A DNA stretch of 45,466 nucleotides, filler included, from Jimgerdemannia flammicorona (taxonomy: Eukaryota), in assembly GCA_003990765.1 (NCBI GenBank). It is 2 parts of 2 records of this genome, joined end to end, with 100 filler letters (N's around TTAATTAATTAA, not from the genome) between each part and the next. Parts side by side here need not be neighbours in the genome. Positions count along the whole stretch, not along the records: positions 22,785 to 45,466 come from RBNJ01001227.1; 1 more part is not named here. One strand, 5' to 3'. Both the position numbers and the translations under genes were made by a program. Below are positions 35,792 to 45,466 of this stretch, piece after piece; position 1 is the first letter of the stretch; each line of letters opens with the position of its first letter. The notes beneath the pieces are model-generated. The model was not told where the DNA came from, did not search any database, and saw only the letters and a program-made list of their open reading frames with translations.

Positions 35792-38700
35792 TTAACCAAT
35801 CCCCCTCAGTTCTATACCACTCTCCTCAATGCCTCCCTGCCTGAGGACAACCCAGTCCCCCACTACCCAAATTCTCCCATTACTTTTCTGAGAAATTCTC
35901 TGCACCAAATCTCTGCACCTCTCCCTCCCTGGCCCCCACCCCTGCCACCAGCCATTCAAAATATCTAGCAACAACTATTCCCAATGTGCTACCTTATCCC
36001 CAACTCCAACCCGCTGACCCTCCTCAAATACATGCACCCAATGCCCAGTTATCCCAACCCATATAGCCAGAGCCCAGCCAAGCATCAGCTATTCATCTCC
36101 AATCCCTCCAACCAGCCTCTGGTAGAGCTCACCTCATCTCCCCCCTACCCCTCCCTCCAGGGCTCACAGCCCTAACCTGTCCATGATACATCCCCAGAAT
36201 ACTCCCAACACATCACACTCAGCCAGCCAATGTTCAGACATTTGTACCACCCCTCCCTCCTGACCAATGTTGAGGCATTCTTCATACTCAAAAGTGCCCC
36301 CATCCACCAAATGCCCAGATCAATAGTTCAACATCACATTCTGCCATAGAACTTACCATCATACCACCCAGAACTTGGGGGGCAGCCACTGCATCACCTG
36401 CTCGCTCCAAAGCCAGAGCCCATTCCAGTCCCACTCCTCACCAATCCCAACCCTCTGCCAGGCCTCAGGCCAAAGGTCACCACCCAAGCCCCACAGACAC
36501 TCCATACTCTCACCAAGCTAGAAGTCCTCCACCAAGACACCACCCAGCAAAAGTTTGTCCCACTGCCACATCTGTAGTCTCCAGTCCTCCTCTCCCTCCC
36601 CACCCTGCCACCGAAGTTCAATTCTTTTAGCTCCATCTACTACCCTCCACCAAAAGCTCTTATACCATATCCTCCTACTTCCATCCATGTCTACCATTAC
36701 AAGTAAGTCACCAGAGTCTCCACATGGGGAATACCAGACCTCTCACACCCTCTGCATGAGTGGTACCTACTCCCAGCCCCTCAGCTCACTTGCCCTCCAC
36801 AGCCACCAGGCCCTCAAGCAATGAAGCCACTTGGTGAAGTCCACTAAACCCAGCCCACCTCTTTCCACTGGTAGTGTGAGGGTTTCCCAACCAATCTGAC
36901 TTCACCAGCTCTCCCAAATCCACAATTTCACCATCTTCAACAGCCCCCTAATCACCCAAGTCAGAAAGTCCAGATGATACCCAATATACCATAGCTTTGG
37001 TAGCCAATACACATTCAGCACCATCACCCTCCCTGCCAGGGACATGTACTGTCCCCCCCACCACAGGAGCACATTTCCCCACTCCAGAAGCTGCTGATTC
37101 CACCATGCTTGGGGAAGGAGAGACCCATATATTGAGAAGTAGATCCTCAAGTATCTCATGGACTCACCTGCTGGCACCACTGTCCCAATTACATCATTAC
37201 CAATGATTCCACCACCAAGCACCAAAGTCTCACATTTGTGTCAATTGAGTTTAGCACTAGAGCCCCTCTCATACTATTCAATAAACTGTTGTAATTCCTC
37301 CATGTCCATCAACAATCCCAGACCAACCACCATATCATCTGCAAATGCCCCTACCTTCCAATTTATCCCTAGAATGTCCAAACTCCCAATTTGATACCAG
37401 ATCCTATCCAGTAAGGGTTTCAGGGAGAGGGCATACAAGATGGATAATAAAGGGTCCCCTTGTGGCACTCCACAGCTGAGTGGAAATGCCACCCCCCTGT
37501 GACCATTGATAACCAATACAGCCTAACTGTTCTCCAAAAGGCCAATTAACAACTGATGAACCCCTGGGGGAATACCAATCCACTTCAATACTCCCTCCAG
37601 CCAAATTCTCCATACTCTATCATATGCCTTCTCCTAATCCAAGAAGACCAACCAGCCACCCACTCCTACAGCCCAGATATCTTCAATTACACCATACACC
37701 CATGCTGTCCCATCATGGATCAACCTATCACCAACAAATCCATATTGCTCTACTCCAAGCACTTGTTGAGCAATACCTTGCAGCCTCATCACCAATATCT
37801 TTGTCACCAGCTTGCAGTCTATGTCAAGTAGCATGATCAGCCACCAGTTCTTCCAATCTTCCTGCCTCTCCTTATTCTTATAGAGCAAGGAGACTAGCCC
37901 CAGGCACTGGCCCCCAATCCAAGTTCCAGACGGAAGAACCTCCCCACACATATCTGCCATTTCCTCCAACACCATGCCCACCCCAGTCATCTTCTTTCAA
38001 AAGTCTCAGGGGAGTCTATCCTCCCCTGGAGCTGTCCCCTTGCTGGTTGTAGCCAGGATCCTGCCAATTTCCTCTTGGCTCACTGGGTCTCCCAGAGTCC
38101 CCAGACCTATTGCAGGGTCCAGATGCCAATCTCCCAGCTGCCTTTCAATGTCTAAAGCATCCTCTCTGCCCTCCTCTTTACTCTATAGACTCTCTCAATG
38201 GGTTCACAGCAATTCTAGAATTACCAGTGTCCCTACTACCAGCTTCCCATCTACATCCAGAACTCCTTCCCACCTCTGCTTCATTTGCCATGCCTGAAGC
38301 ATCCATGATAGAAACCAAGTAGGTCTCTCCCCCTCCTCAAGTTCTTGCCACTGCAGCCTTGCCACCATCCCCTGCAGCCTCACCTTCTCCTCCTGATATA
38401 GCACTCCTTTAAGCTCCACAACCTCCTTCCAGATCCTTACTATACACCAGTTGGTCACCTCCCTATCTTCCAGCACACCTGCCCATCACTCCATGAGTGC
38501 TGTCAAATGCTGTGATGTCTATAACACTCTCCGCCTTTATTGGACACACCTTCCTTTTCCTGCCTCCCTTCAGTATCCCTAAGCATTCACCTTCAGCCTC
38601 CTCCAGTAGTCCACAATCCCCAGGCCCTGATCCCTCCACCTTCTAATGTTCCCAATAACCTCTCTTTCCCAGTCTGCCCACAAACCCCCATCCTTCAACA

Positions 38701-39454
38701 GAGAATAATTTAGGTGCCAATATCCAGGCCTATTCTTCTTACCCCCAAATCTCTCCCCTCCTAGCAACTCTCAGTGATCAGACCATAGACACCAAACTAC
38801 CTCCAGCATTGTCCAGACATCTACACCCCAACAATTCACCATCACAATCCAGTCAATTCTGGAGCCCAGTCCTGCTGCCCAATGCATATAAATCTGATGA
38901 TCATCCCAAAACCATCTCTCTGAATCCACCAGAGAACTCAACCTCTCCAACTCCAACCAGTCATCCAATCCACCACTCCTACCCTGCATTCCTCTCCCTC
39001 CATCTGTCCTGTCCTTTCCCTTATCCCACACTATATTGAAGTTACCCCCTAAACAGTCCAACCCAACCTCTCCTAAGACACCAGCCTCTTTCAATCCATG
39101 AATCCAATCCACCCACTCTCCTCTCTCAGCAGGGTAGCAGATAGACCCCACTGTCAACAGGCTCCATCCAGGCCACCTCCACACTCCCCACACTAACCTA
39201 GACCCCCAATGTCCAATGTCCCCAATGTTCTCCAACCCTTTCCGAACAAGGATACCCACCCTCCCCATCTATACTACAGCCCCCCCCCATTCCTTGGTCC
39301 AATCCTGTAAGTCTACATCTACCTCATAATGGACATCCTACAGCAAGAAGAGATCTGCATCTAGTCTCTTTAGCTAACCAAATATGTACTTCCTCCTTGT
39401 CACCCACCGTAACCCATTGATATTCAAAGAAAAAATCCTAGTTGTACTGTTCAT
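35792..39454 (-). pseudogene. LINE ORF2: APE endonuclease, RT and C-terminal CCHC finger
   Basis: SLNINGL, GGNFN, SRIDW, SDH (endonuclease); LLDIDCKL, QYGFV, GVPQGDPL, FADDM (RT); MSLAGRVMVLN, GGLGLVD; and a decayed EC...EHWLAEC...W finger. Confidence 0.93.
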
Positions 39455-39587
39455 ATTGAAAAATATTTACAGCTGCTGTCCCAACCTAGTACTCTATGCT
39501 CATCTCATCTCCAGTCAGATCCAAGTGCCTCTCTGCTTCCAAGTCACCCTCCACAACAGCCTGAGCATCTAATGCCTCCAAGATCTC

Positions 39588-41414
39588 CTAACATTCCACC
39601 CCATCCACTACCTCCATCTCTGACCAGTAGTCCCTGCAGACTACATACCACTTCTCCAATTCCTTTCTCAAGTTCCACAAGAATACTGCTCTGTCATTCA
39701 CAATCTCTCTAAGTTCCTCCTCCCACTGATCATCAACCTGGTATTCAACTGACTCCAAGAGGACAGCCAGGATCTCATTCCTCACTTTCCTCAGCACCTC
39801 CTCTCCCTGGAGAATCTTCTCCCAATGCCTCTCTTCCATAACCCTGAAGTCTTCTCCTCCTAGCTCCTCAGCCACCACTCCTTCCAGAGTCTTCCATAGC
39901 CACTTCTCCTCATCCACTGCCTCTGCCACACCCTGGGTGATCTGCCCCCCCTCCACCTCTTGGTCCACCAGGGCACTCCTCCTCACAGACTCATCCCACT
40001 CCTCATCTAGGACATCCAGCAACTCCTCCTCCCCTCCCTCTCCTCTCAGGACACTATACTGAGAGTGTACTCCTTTACTCATTTTGGCATCAGTCTTCCC
40101 ACCACCTTCTCTTGTCTCTCCCAATCTATGCTACACTCCACCTTGGGCCAACCTGCTTTCCCCAGCCCAGGCACTCTCTCTTGATCCTATGTTTCCTCCT
40201 CCTGTGCTGCCCTCTACTCTACCCCCACTCAACATCGCCAGCAGCTCCTTCTGAATCTTCCTTCCCTGCATCTTCTCCCAGGCCACCTGATCCATCCTGA
40301 CCCTCTTTCCATCTACCTCTTCCACCACCATTCTGGCCACGTACTCTTTCCATGCCACTCTCCTCCTCTTGACCACCCCTTCCAGATCCTCCAGTGCCTC
40401 AAGCAAGTTCTCCTCCTCCTCCAGAGTCCCCTTCACCCTTGTGATCCTACACTCCACTGGTCTCCACCTCAGTGTTGCCAGTCAGTCTCTCATCTTCCCC
40501 ATATTCTCCTTCCCAGCCAATCACACTCTGATATCGATGTCACCAGTTTGAAGCTCAGTATCCTCCTAGACCTTGAACCCAACATTCACAATCTCCCTAT
40601 ATTCCTTGACTGCCTCTACAATCAACTCTCTGGCCCTCTCTTTCGACACCGTCAGAAGATCTAAAACCATCAACTGCACCACTCGGGGGTCCCAGCACAT
40701 GCACCTGGCCATAAGGACCACAATCCTGCCCACCATCACTCCCTTCTCCATGGCCACCAGCAATGCTTCCTCCTCCTCGAACCCCACCTCGATCTCTTCT
40801 TTCCCCTTCAAAAACTTCACCAAAGCTACACCCTTCACCTCCTGTGTCACCAGCCCCAGGATCATCCTCACCATCACCACTAAGCCCCTGAAATATATTG
40901 TGACTGCGAATTCTGACCTTGATTTCTTGAGTAACAATACCAATATCATGCCCATCACCCCATCTGCCAGGTCCCTGGGTCTTGCACCCACCCCCTGTCC
41001 TGAATTAGCAGCCACCATCACATCTGGATTTTTTGCCAGATTTCCAGTCACAGCCCCATCAATAGTCACATCTCCCACCCCTACTCCCCCTCCTTCCCTA
41101 CCACCAGACACTCCCCCAGACACCCCTCTCTGTCCTCCAGCAGTAGCCATTGATGTCTTCCCCAGCCCCAGCCAGCCATCCAGCCCCAAGGCCATCCTCC
41201 CCATCTTGACTTTATTGGCGAAGGTCAACTGCTCCCCTCCTCGCTGCCTCAAGCCACCCCTCTCTCCACTACCAGTGCCCTGGCCAGTCATTGAGGCCCC
41301 CGGTATCTCCAGACCATCACTCCTCCTCTCTACCTGCTGCTAGCCAAAGGCATCACCACCTCCCTGACCAGTATGCTCACCAGATTGATCATTGCCATTC
41401 ATGTTGGTAGTCAT
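39588..41414 (-). pseudogene. LINE ORF1
   Basis: Long purine-rich coding frames (40566-41291, 40131-40457, 39588-40124) upstream of ORF2, starting at the ATG at 41414. Homologous to the fragments at 1-181 and 1275-2480. Confidence 0.8.
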
Positions 41415-41503
41415 CTGTCATCAAAAATGTTGAGAAAGGTGTTGCTGAAGTCTTGTGTCACCTGAATGGTACTGGTAAAACCCCCCCAAAGGAGAGTGAG
41501 AAT

Positions 41504-42180
41504 CTCATCTAATCCAAGAGCACTAGACTCATAAGCCATGGCTCAAAGAAGGGCAGAAAGGCCATCAAGATAGAGCAACTTAGAAATAAGTGCAAAACCT
41601 TGATTCTTATCAATAACTGTGAGCAAATACAAAGGCAATTGCTTGACTGATTTAAGCATAGTATGTATGGTATAGTCTGAAACCAAGCAAGAGTGAGTGT
41701 ATCCAGGAATGGACAGCAAGCAAGCCATATCAAGGAATACATAGTGTGAAGAGATATTGGGAGGGGGAACTCAATTGCTAGAGATATAATAGTGAGAGAG
41801 TATCTCACTATGATTCTCAAAGAAGATAGCAAGGTCAAGAGTATGATGAAAACATATAAGATGAGCCAGATCAGTGAAGGAGAATTGTGAGGGAGTCGCA
41901 GGAAAGACAAAGTGAGGACCCAGAGATAAGGCAAAGACTTGAAGAGGAGAAAGGAGGCAGTTGGCCAAAGAGAAAGGAGGAGATAAAAGTGTTTCAAAAG
42001 AAGAATAAATCTGAGAGTTTGAGACAAGTAACTGGGAAAGACAAAGGGGGGACAGCATGAGAAATCACTCAGGATACACCAGGAGTGATGATGGAATCTG
42101 AGAAGAGATGGGGATACTGGGGGAGAACTATGCTAGAGGGAAGTTTAAAAGTGGGAGGTCTTCCCCTTCCCTCTGACTTT
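41504..42180 (-). pseudogene. N-terminal part of the Penelope-like RT ORF
   Basis: LSPLQVFALSLGPHFVFP...FHHTLDLAIFF...LTVIDKNQGFALISKLLY. It reads through DEILTLLWG into GSLTHTR once the LINE and one TSD copy are removed. Confidence 0.82.
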
Positions 42181-43362
42181 TTTTGAAGGTGGTAAACCTA
42201 ATGAGTGAGAGCACACCCCATCAGAGTATCAGACCTTATAGCCATAGGCTTTCATGCAGCCCTTACATTCAGGGGCATGGGTTGAGGAGGTGGAGGAGAA
42301 GGAACTGGCAGAGGAGGCAGAGGGTGAGTGAGCAGCTGAAGGGGCAGCAGTATGAGGAACACCACCATGGGGGCAGACAGACTTAACCGGGTACCAGTAG
42401 GCATAGTGGAGGTGACCAGAGTAGACAGCACATGGCCAGGCCCAGATGGGGCAAGAACCAAGTTAGCAGCTATACTTGGGGGTGGGGGGAATAGAGAAGG
42501 AGGTTTGGCAAGAGAGGGGGACTGAGAATAGGCCAACAAAGCCTGGTTGGGCTTGGCAGGAATCTTGGTGGGGGGTCTTGGTGGCAGCAGCAGTGAAGGA
42601 ACAGACCTTAGTACAAACAATAGCACAAGCCTTGGCACAGATGACCTCAGAGACTGAAACCTCAAGAGAGGCAGGCAGGAGAGTAGTGGTGGTGGTGTAA
42701 GCAGCAGCAGCAATACATAATATTTCCTGCTTGTGAAGATGAGTAATAAAAGAAGTACTGGTGAGAAGAAAGCAACAAACAGCATCAATGTCAGCAGCAG
42801 TAGAGGAAACATCTTGGATGGCAAAGCCACAGTAAGGGGCAGCATCTGTGAGATGGGAAGAGATGAAGGCCACAAAAGTGGTACAGGCATAGTAGAAGGA
42901 GGCAGAGGCAGCAGTGGCAGAAATAGTGACAGCATCAGTAGCAGCAAGCTTAGCAGTAGCAGTAGTAGAGTGAACCTCTTTGGAGAGAGCTTGGCAGTGG
43001 GCCTCAGGGAGAATGGAGTAGCAGATGGCAGGTGGAGTGATGATGTTGACATTATGGCAGAGATGAGCCTCCTTGGTAGAGAGAGTAAGAACTGACCAAA
43101 ACTGAGAGAGAAGTGGATGATCAGAAGGACAAAGGTCCAGAGAGAGGGACAGAATGGTGGATGAGACATAGGTCTTGAATGAGACAGTGGTGGGGACAAA
43201 AGTGAGGGGAGGGGGAGGAGGAAGAACCTCATTCATAACCTTATCAATAGAGATGGAGACCCTGAGGGCAGACAGTACAGCAGTGGAGGAGGGCCCAGTG
43301 AGAGCTAGGGGAGCAAACCCAGAAGCAGTGTCAAAGTGAACAGAAGATATGTGGAAGAGCAT
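42145..43362 (-). pseudogene. ORF1 of the Penelope-like element (Ala-rich helical region, basic C-terminus)
   Basis: The 299-aa ORF 42463-43362 continues in frame through two single-transition stops to ...PPSKKVRGKGKTSHF*. Its start is duplicated in the pLTR tails. Confidence 0.7.
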
Positions 43363-43781
43363 GTATAAGGGAGATGAATAAAGAATATAACTGAATTTGC
43401 ATCAGCCATTTATTGCTATGTAAAAATGTGGTCCTTATATACAAAATACAATATTCCAAAAGAGAGGACATACCACAACTTGGGGCAAATCAAATTAGGA
43501 ACCATATGACCATCAGAGATAGGTGGAGATAAAGAGAGAGTCAATCCTAGTTACAGAATAAAAATCACAAACAAACACAAACAAAATAAATCCAAATCGA
43601 GATTAAAAAACATCCACAGACCCCAGAGGGGTAAGTATGAGTGAGGGGTGAGGCCAAAACAGAGCAAGCTGCAGTGAGCCTAAGTAAAGCAAGGGGCTGA
43701 AGGTAGTGGAGAAGAGCAGAGTAAGGCTGAGACCCCAGAGTAAGCATGAGACCCCAGAGGGGACAAGAATGTTTTTTAATC
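43281..43781 (-). repeat. 5' pseudo-LTR of the Penelope-like element
   Basis: Direct repeat of 33848-34332. Confidence 0.9.
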
Positions 43782-44103
43782 TCATTTTGGATTTGTTTTG
43801 TTTGTGTTTATTTGAGATTTTTATCCTACAACTAGGATTGGCTTCCTCTTTATCTCCACTTATCTCTGGTAGTCATGTGGTTCCTAATTTGATTCACTCT
43901 GAGTTATGGTATATTCTCTCTTTTGGAATATTATATTTTATATATAAGAACTGTATTTTTATATGACAATAAATGGCTGATACAAATTTGGTTACATTCT
44001 TTATTCATCTCTCTTATACATACTCTTCTATATATCTTCTATTTACTTTGACACTGGTTCTAGGTTCACTCTCCTGACTTCTGCTAGATCCTCCTCCTTT
44101 ACT
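43767..44103 (+). repeat. Inverted partial pseudo-LTR
   Basis: Reverse complement of 43281-43615 and 33848-34183. Confidence 0.9.
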
Positions 44104-44109
44104 GGAATA

Positions 44110-45454
44110 AGGAATTTGCCTGGTACAGCCTGCTCTGAGAGCAGACAGAAGAAGAAGAAATGCAGACATATTCCAGAGACATCTGCAGCTAAAGCTACAG
44201 AAGTACAAGCAATTTGAGAATAAGAATCATCTGAGGAAGAAGAAGCTCCTGACTAAGAAGTTCCTGAACAAGAAGTATCTGAAGAAGAGATCTCTGAACT
44301 CATTCCCTGGGATGACCCTCACTGGACACTATCTGAAGATAATGACCCTTGGAATATGGAAGAAGAACCCAGTATAATCTCCATTATTCCCAAGAAAGAA
44401 ACACACCAAGAAAGGACTTTTCAGCTAAGAAGATGTCTATACTAAATAGTCTTCCACTCTCCCCAAAACTACTGCTATTAGTGCCATCTACTAGACCAAT
44501 AGGAGAGATAGAGACCCCAGAGACCAGAACTCCTGAATATAGTTGCACAGTCAACTACCTTCCAAGAAGTTACCACCAAGTTGCAAAGTTGATTCAGAGG
44601 ACAAGATCTCTTCACCTGAATAGAAGTGTATCCCTTGTCTACTCTTCTCCTAACTTATGACCAAGATGGATACTAATTCCCAAGACAACAAGAAATCAAT
44701 AACTGGGAATATCATTTTTGAGCAATGGCATACTGTAACCATAGAAGACATCCAGACTGCTGAGACTGCAGACATCAGAAGATTTACCTCAGTCATGATG
44801 TTGCAATCTACACCTTGAAGAGAGGAGATAACAGAGGCCAGATTTGAAAAAGCTAAACCAAGAAGTCAGAAAGAAGGACTCTTAATATCTATGATTTAAG
44901 AGAAGACATCTTAGCTCTTATCAGACATACAACCTACTAAGGATGGATAGAGGATGCCACTAACTTTATAGAAGCCCTAGACCCTACAGAAAGAAGAGGA
45001 ATTAACTATCTCTGAGATCTCTCTACTGGAGCCAGATGGCCACACCTCAACCTTAGAGCCTGCTTGTGGAGCTTCAGCCTTAGGATAGCTTGAACTTAGC
45101 AAGGATATTGCCCAGTATGCCCTGCTACATCTCAAGGCCAAACCCCTGACCCAAGCTCACTCAGAAGATATAAGATATGATCTTTACAGTCTAGAGGATG
45201 AATCTATCAAGCCTGGAAAAACATTCATAATCAGAACCAGACTAGCCATACAGCCACTCTAAGGAGCCTACATCTAACTGATCTCAAGATCTGGACTTGC
45301 CAGACAATAGATAACTATAGAAGGAAGAACTATTGACCCAGAATATATAGGCAAAATCAAGATCATCCTACACAATAGTAGCACAGAATGGCACTGAATT
45401 ATTAGAAGACAGAAGATTGCCCAAGCAGTCTTTATGAAGGTCAAGACCTCACAA
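44110..45454 (+). mobile_element. Fragment of a third dUTPase-bearing Gypsy-like family (element C): acidic tract, Zn-finger-like motifs, accessory domain, dUTPase
   Basis: The frame starting at 44221 aligns with the pre-dUTPase region of element B. It is cut on the right by a poly(T) run at 45455. Confidence 0.78.
45101..45454 (+). pseudogene. dut: dUTPase domain of element C (motifs I-IV; motif V cut off)
   Basis: IRYDL, SRSGLA, RTIDPEYIGKI, KIAQAV. Confidence 0.85.
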
Positions 45455-45466
45455 TTTTTTTTTTTT
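45455..45466 (-). other. Poly(T) run, probably the tail of another antisense non-LTR insertion
   Basis: It interrupts the dUTPase abruptly, like the tails at 8085, 29950 and 35701. The rest lies outside the window. Confidence 0.45.

Larger units (their letters stand above)
35701..41483 (-). mobile_element. Full-length L1/Tx1-like LINE (5.8 kb)
   Basis: Perfect 20-bp TSD ccccaaaggagagtgagaat at 35681-35700 and 41484-41503, a poly(A) tail, and ORF1 plus ORF2. Confidence 0.95.
33848..44103 (-). mobile_element. Endonuclease-deficient Penelope-like retroelement (ORF1 plus RT) with direct and inverted pseudo-LTRs, split by a LINE insertion
   Basis: PLE RT motifs ALSLGPHF, IDKNQG, FYALPKVHK, GDFSSFYTTI, QTSDIAMRM, YQYIDN, PFLDL and HSNHP. 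Repeat copies at 33848-34332 and 43281-43781 (direct) and 43767-44103 (inverted). Confidence 0.88.

Noticed and set aside
40573..41343. 256-aa plus-strand ORF
   Set aside because: Antisense shadow of LINE ORF1, caused by strand-biased composition; Ser/Pro/Thr-rich with no recognisable motif.
42252..43232. 326-aa Leu/Pro-rich ORF resembling a membrane protein
   Set aside because: Alternative frame overlapping PLE ORF1; GCT/ACT-rich codons read as Leu runs in the shifted frame.
43281..43781. Hammerhead ribozyme expected in Penelope pLTRs
   Set aside because: I found only CTGATGG and CTGATGC on the sense strand, with no CTGANGA...GAAA core and flanking stems. Decay could hide one, so a covariance-model search is needed.

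Overview
Eukaryotic, probably fungal, repeat-rich sequence made almost entirely of nested and decayed retroelements. No intact host gene is visible; the only host-like sequence is a probable BTB/POZ pseudogene fragment. An artificial 100-nt spacer at 22685-22784 means the two halves may not be adjacent in the genome. Contents: (i) three divergent Ty3/Gypsy families carrying a dUTPase: A 8908-15625 (complete), B 15632-22684 (with an apparent 2.5-kb ORF-containing LTR) and C 44110-45454; (ii) two copies of a chromodomain-bearing Gypsy element (3758-8084 and 25701-32240, the latter with a GCTTA TSD); (iii) an older Gypsy gag-protease remnant (D); (iv) a full-length L1/Tx1-like LINE (35701-41483, 20-bp TSD) plus three fragments of related elements; (v) a second, probably RNase H-bearing LINE family; (vi) an endonuclease-deficient Penelope-like element (33848-44103) with direct and inverted pseudo-LTRs and a predicted -1 frameshift. 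Nearly all ORFs are broken by C>T/G>A transitions at CpG and CpA. The most interesting signals are an unnamed Zn-finger/F-box-like/EALDP module upstream of the dUTPase in two families, the ORF-bearing giant LTR, and the symmetric ends of the Penelope-like element, which suggest priming from both sides of a break. All alignments and translations were done by eye, and no database searches were run.
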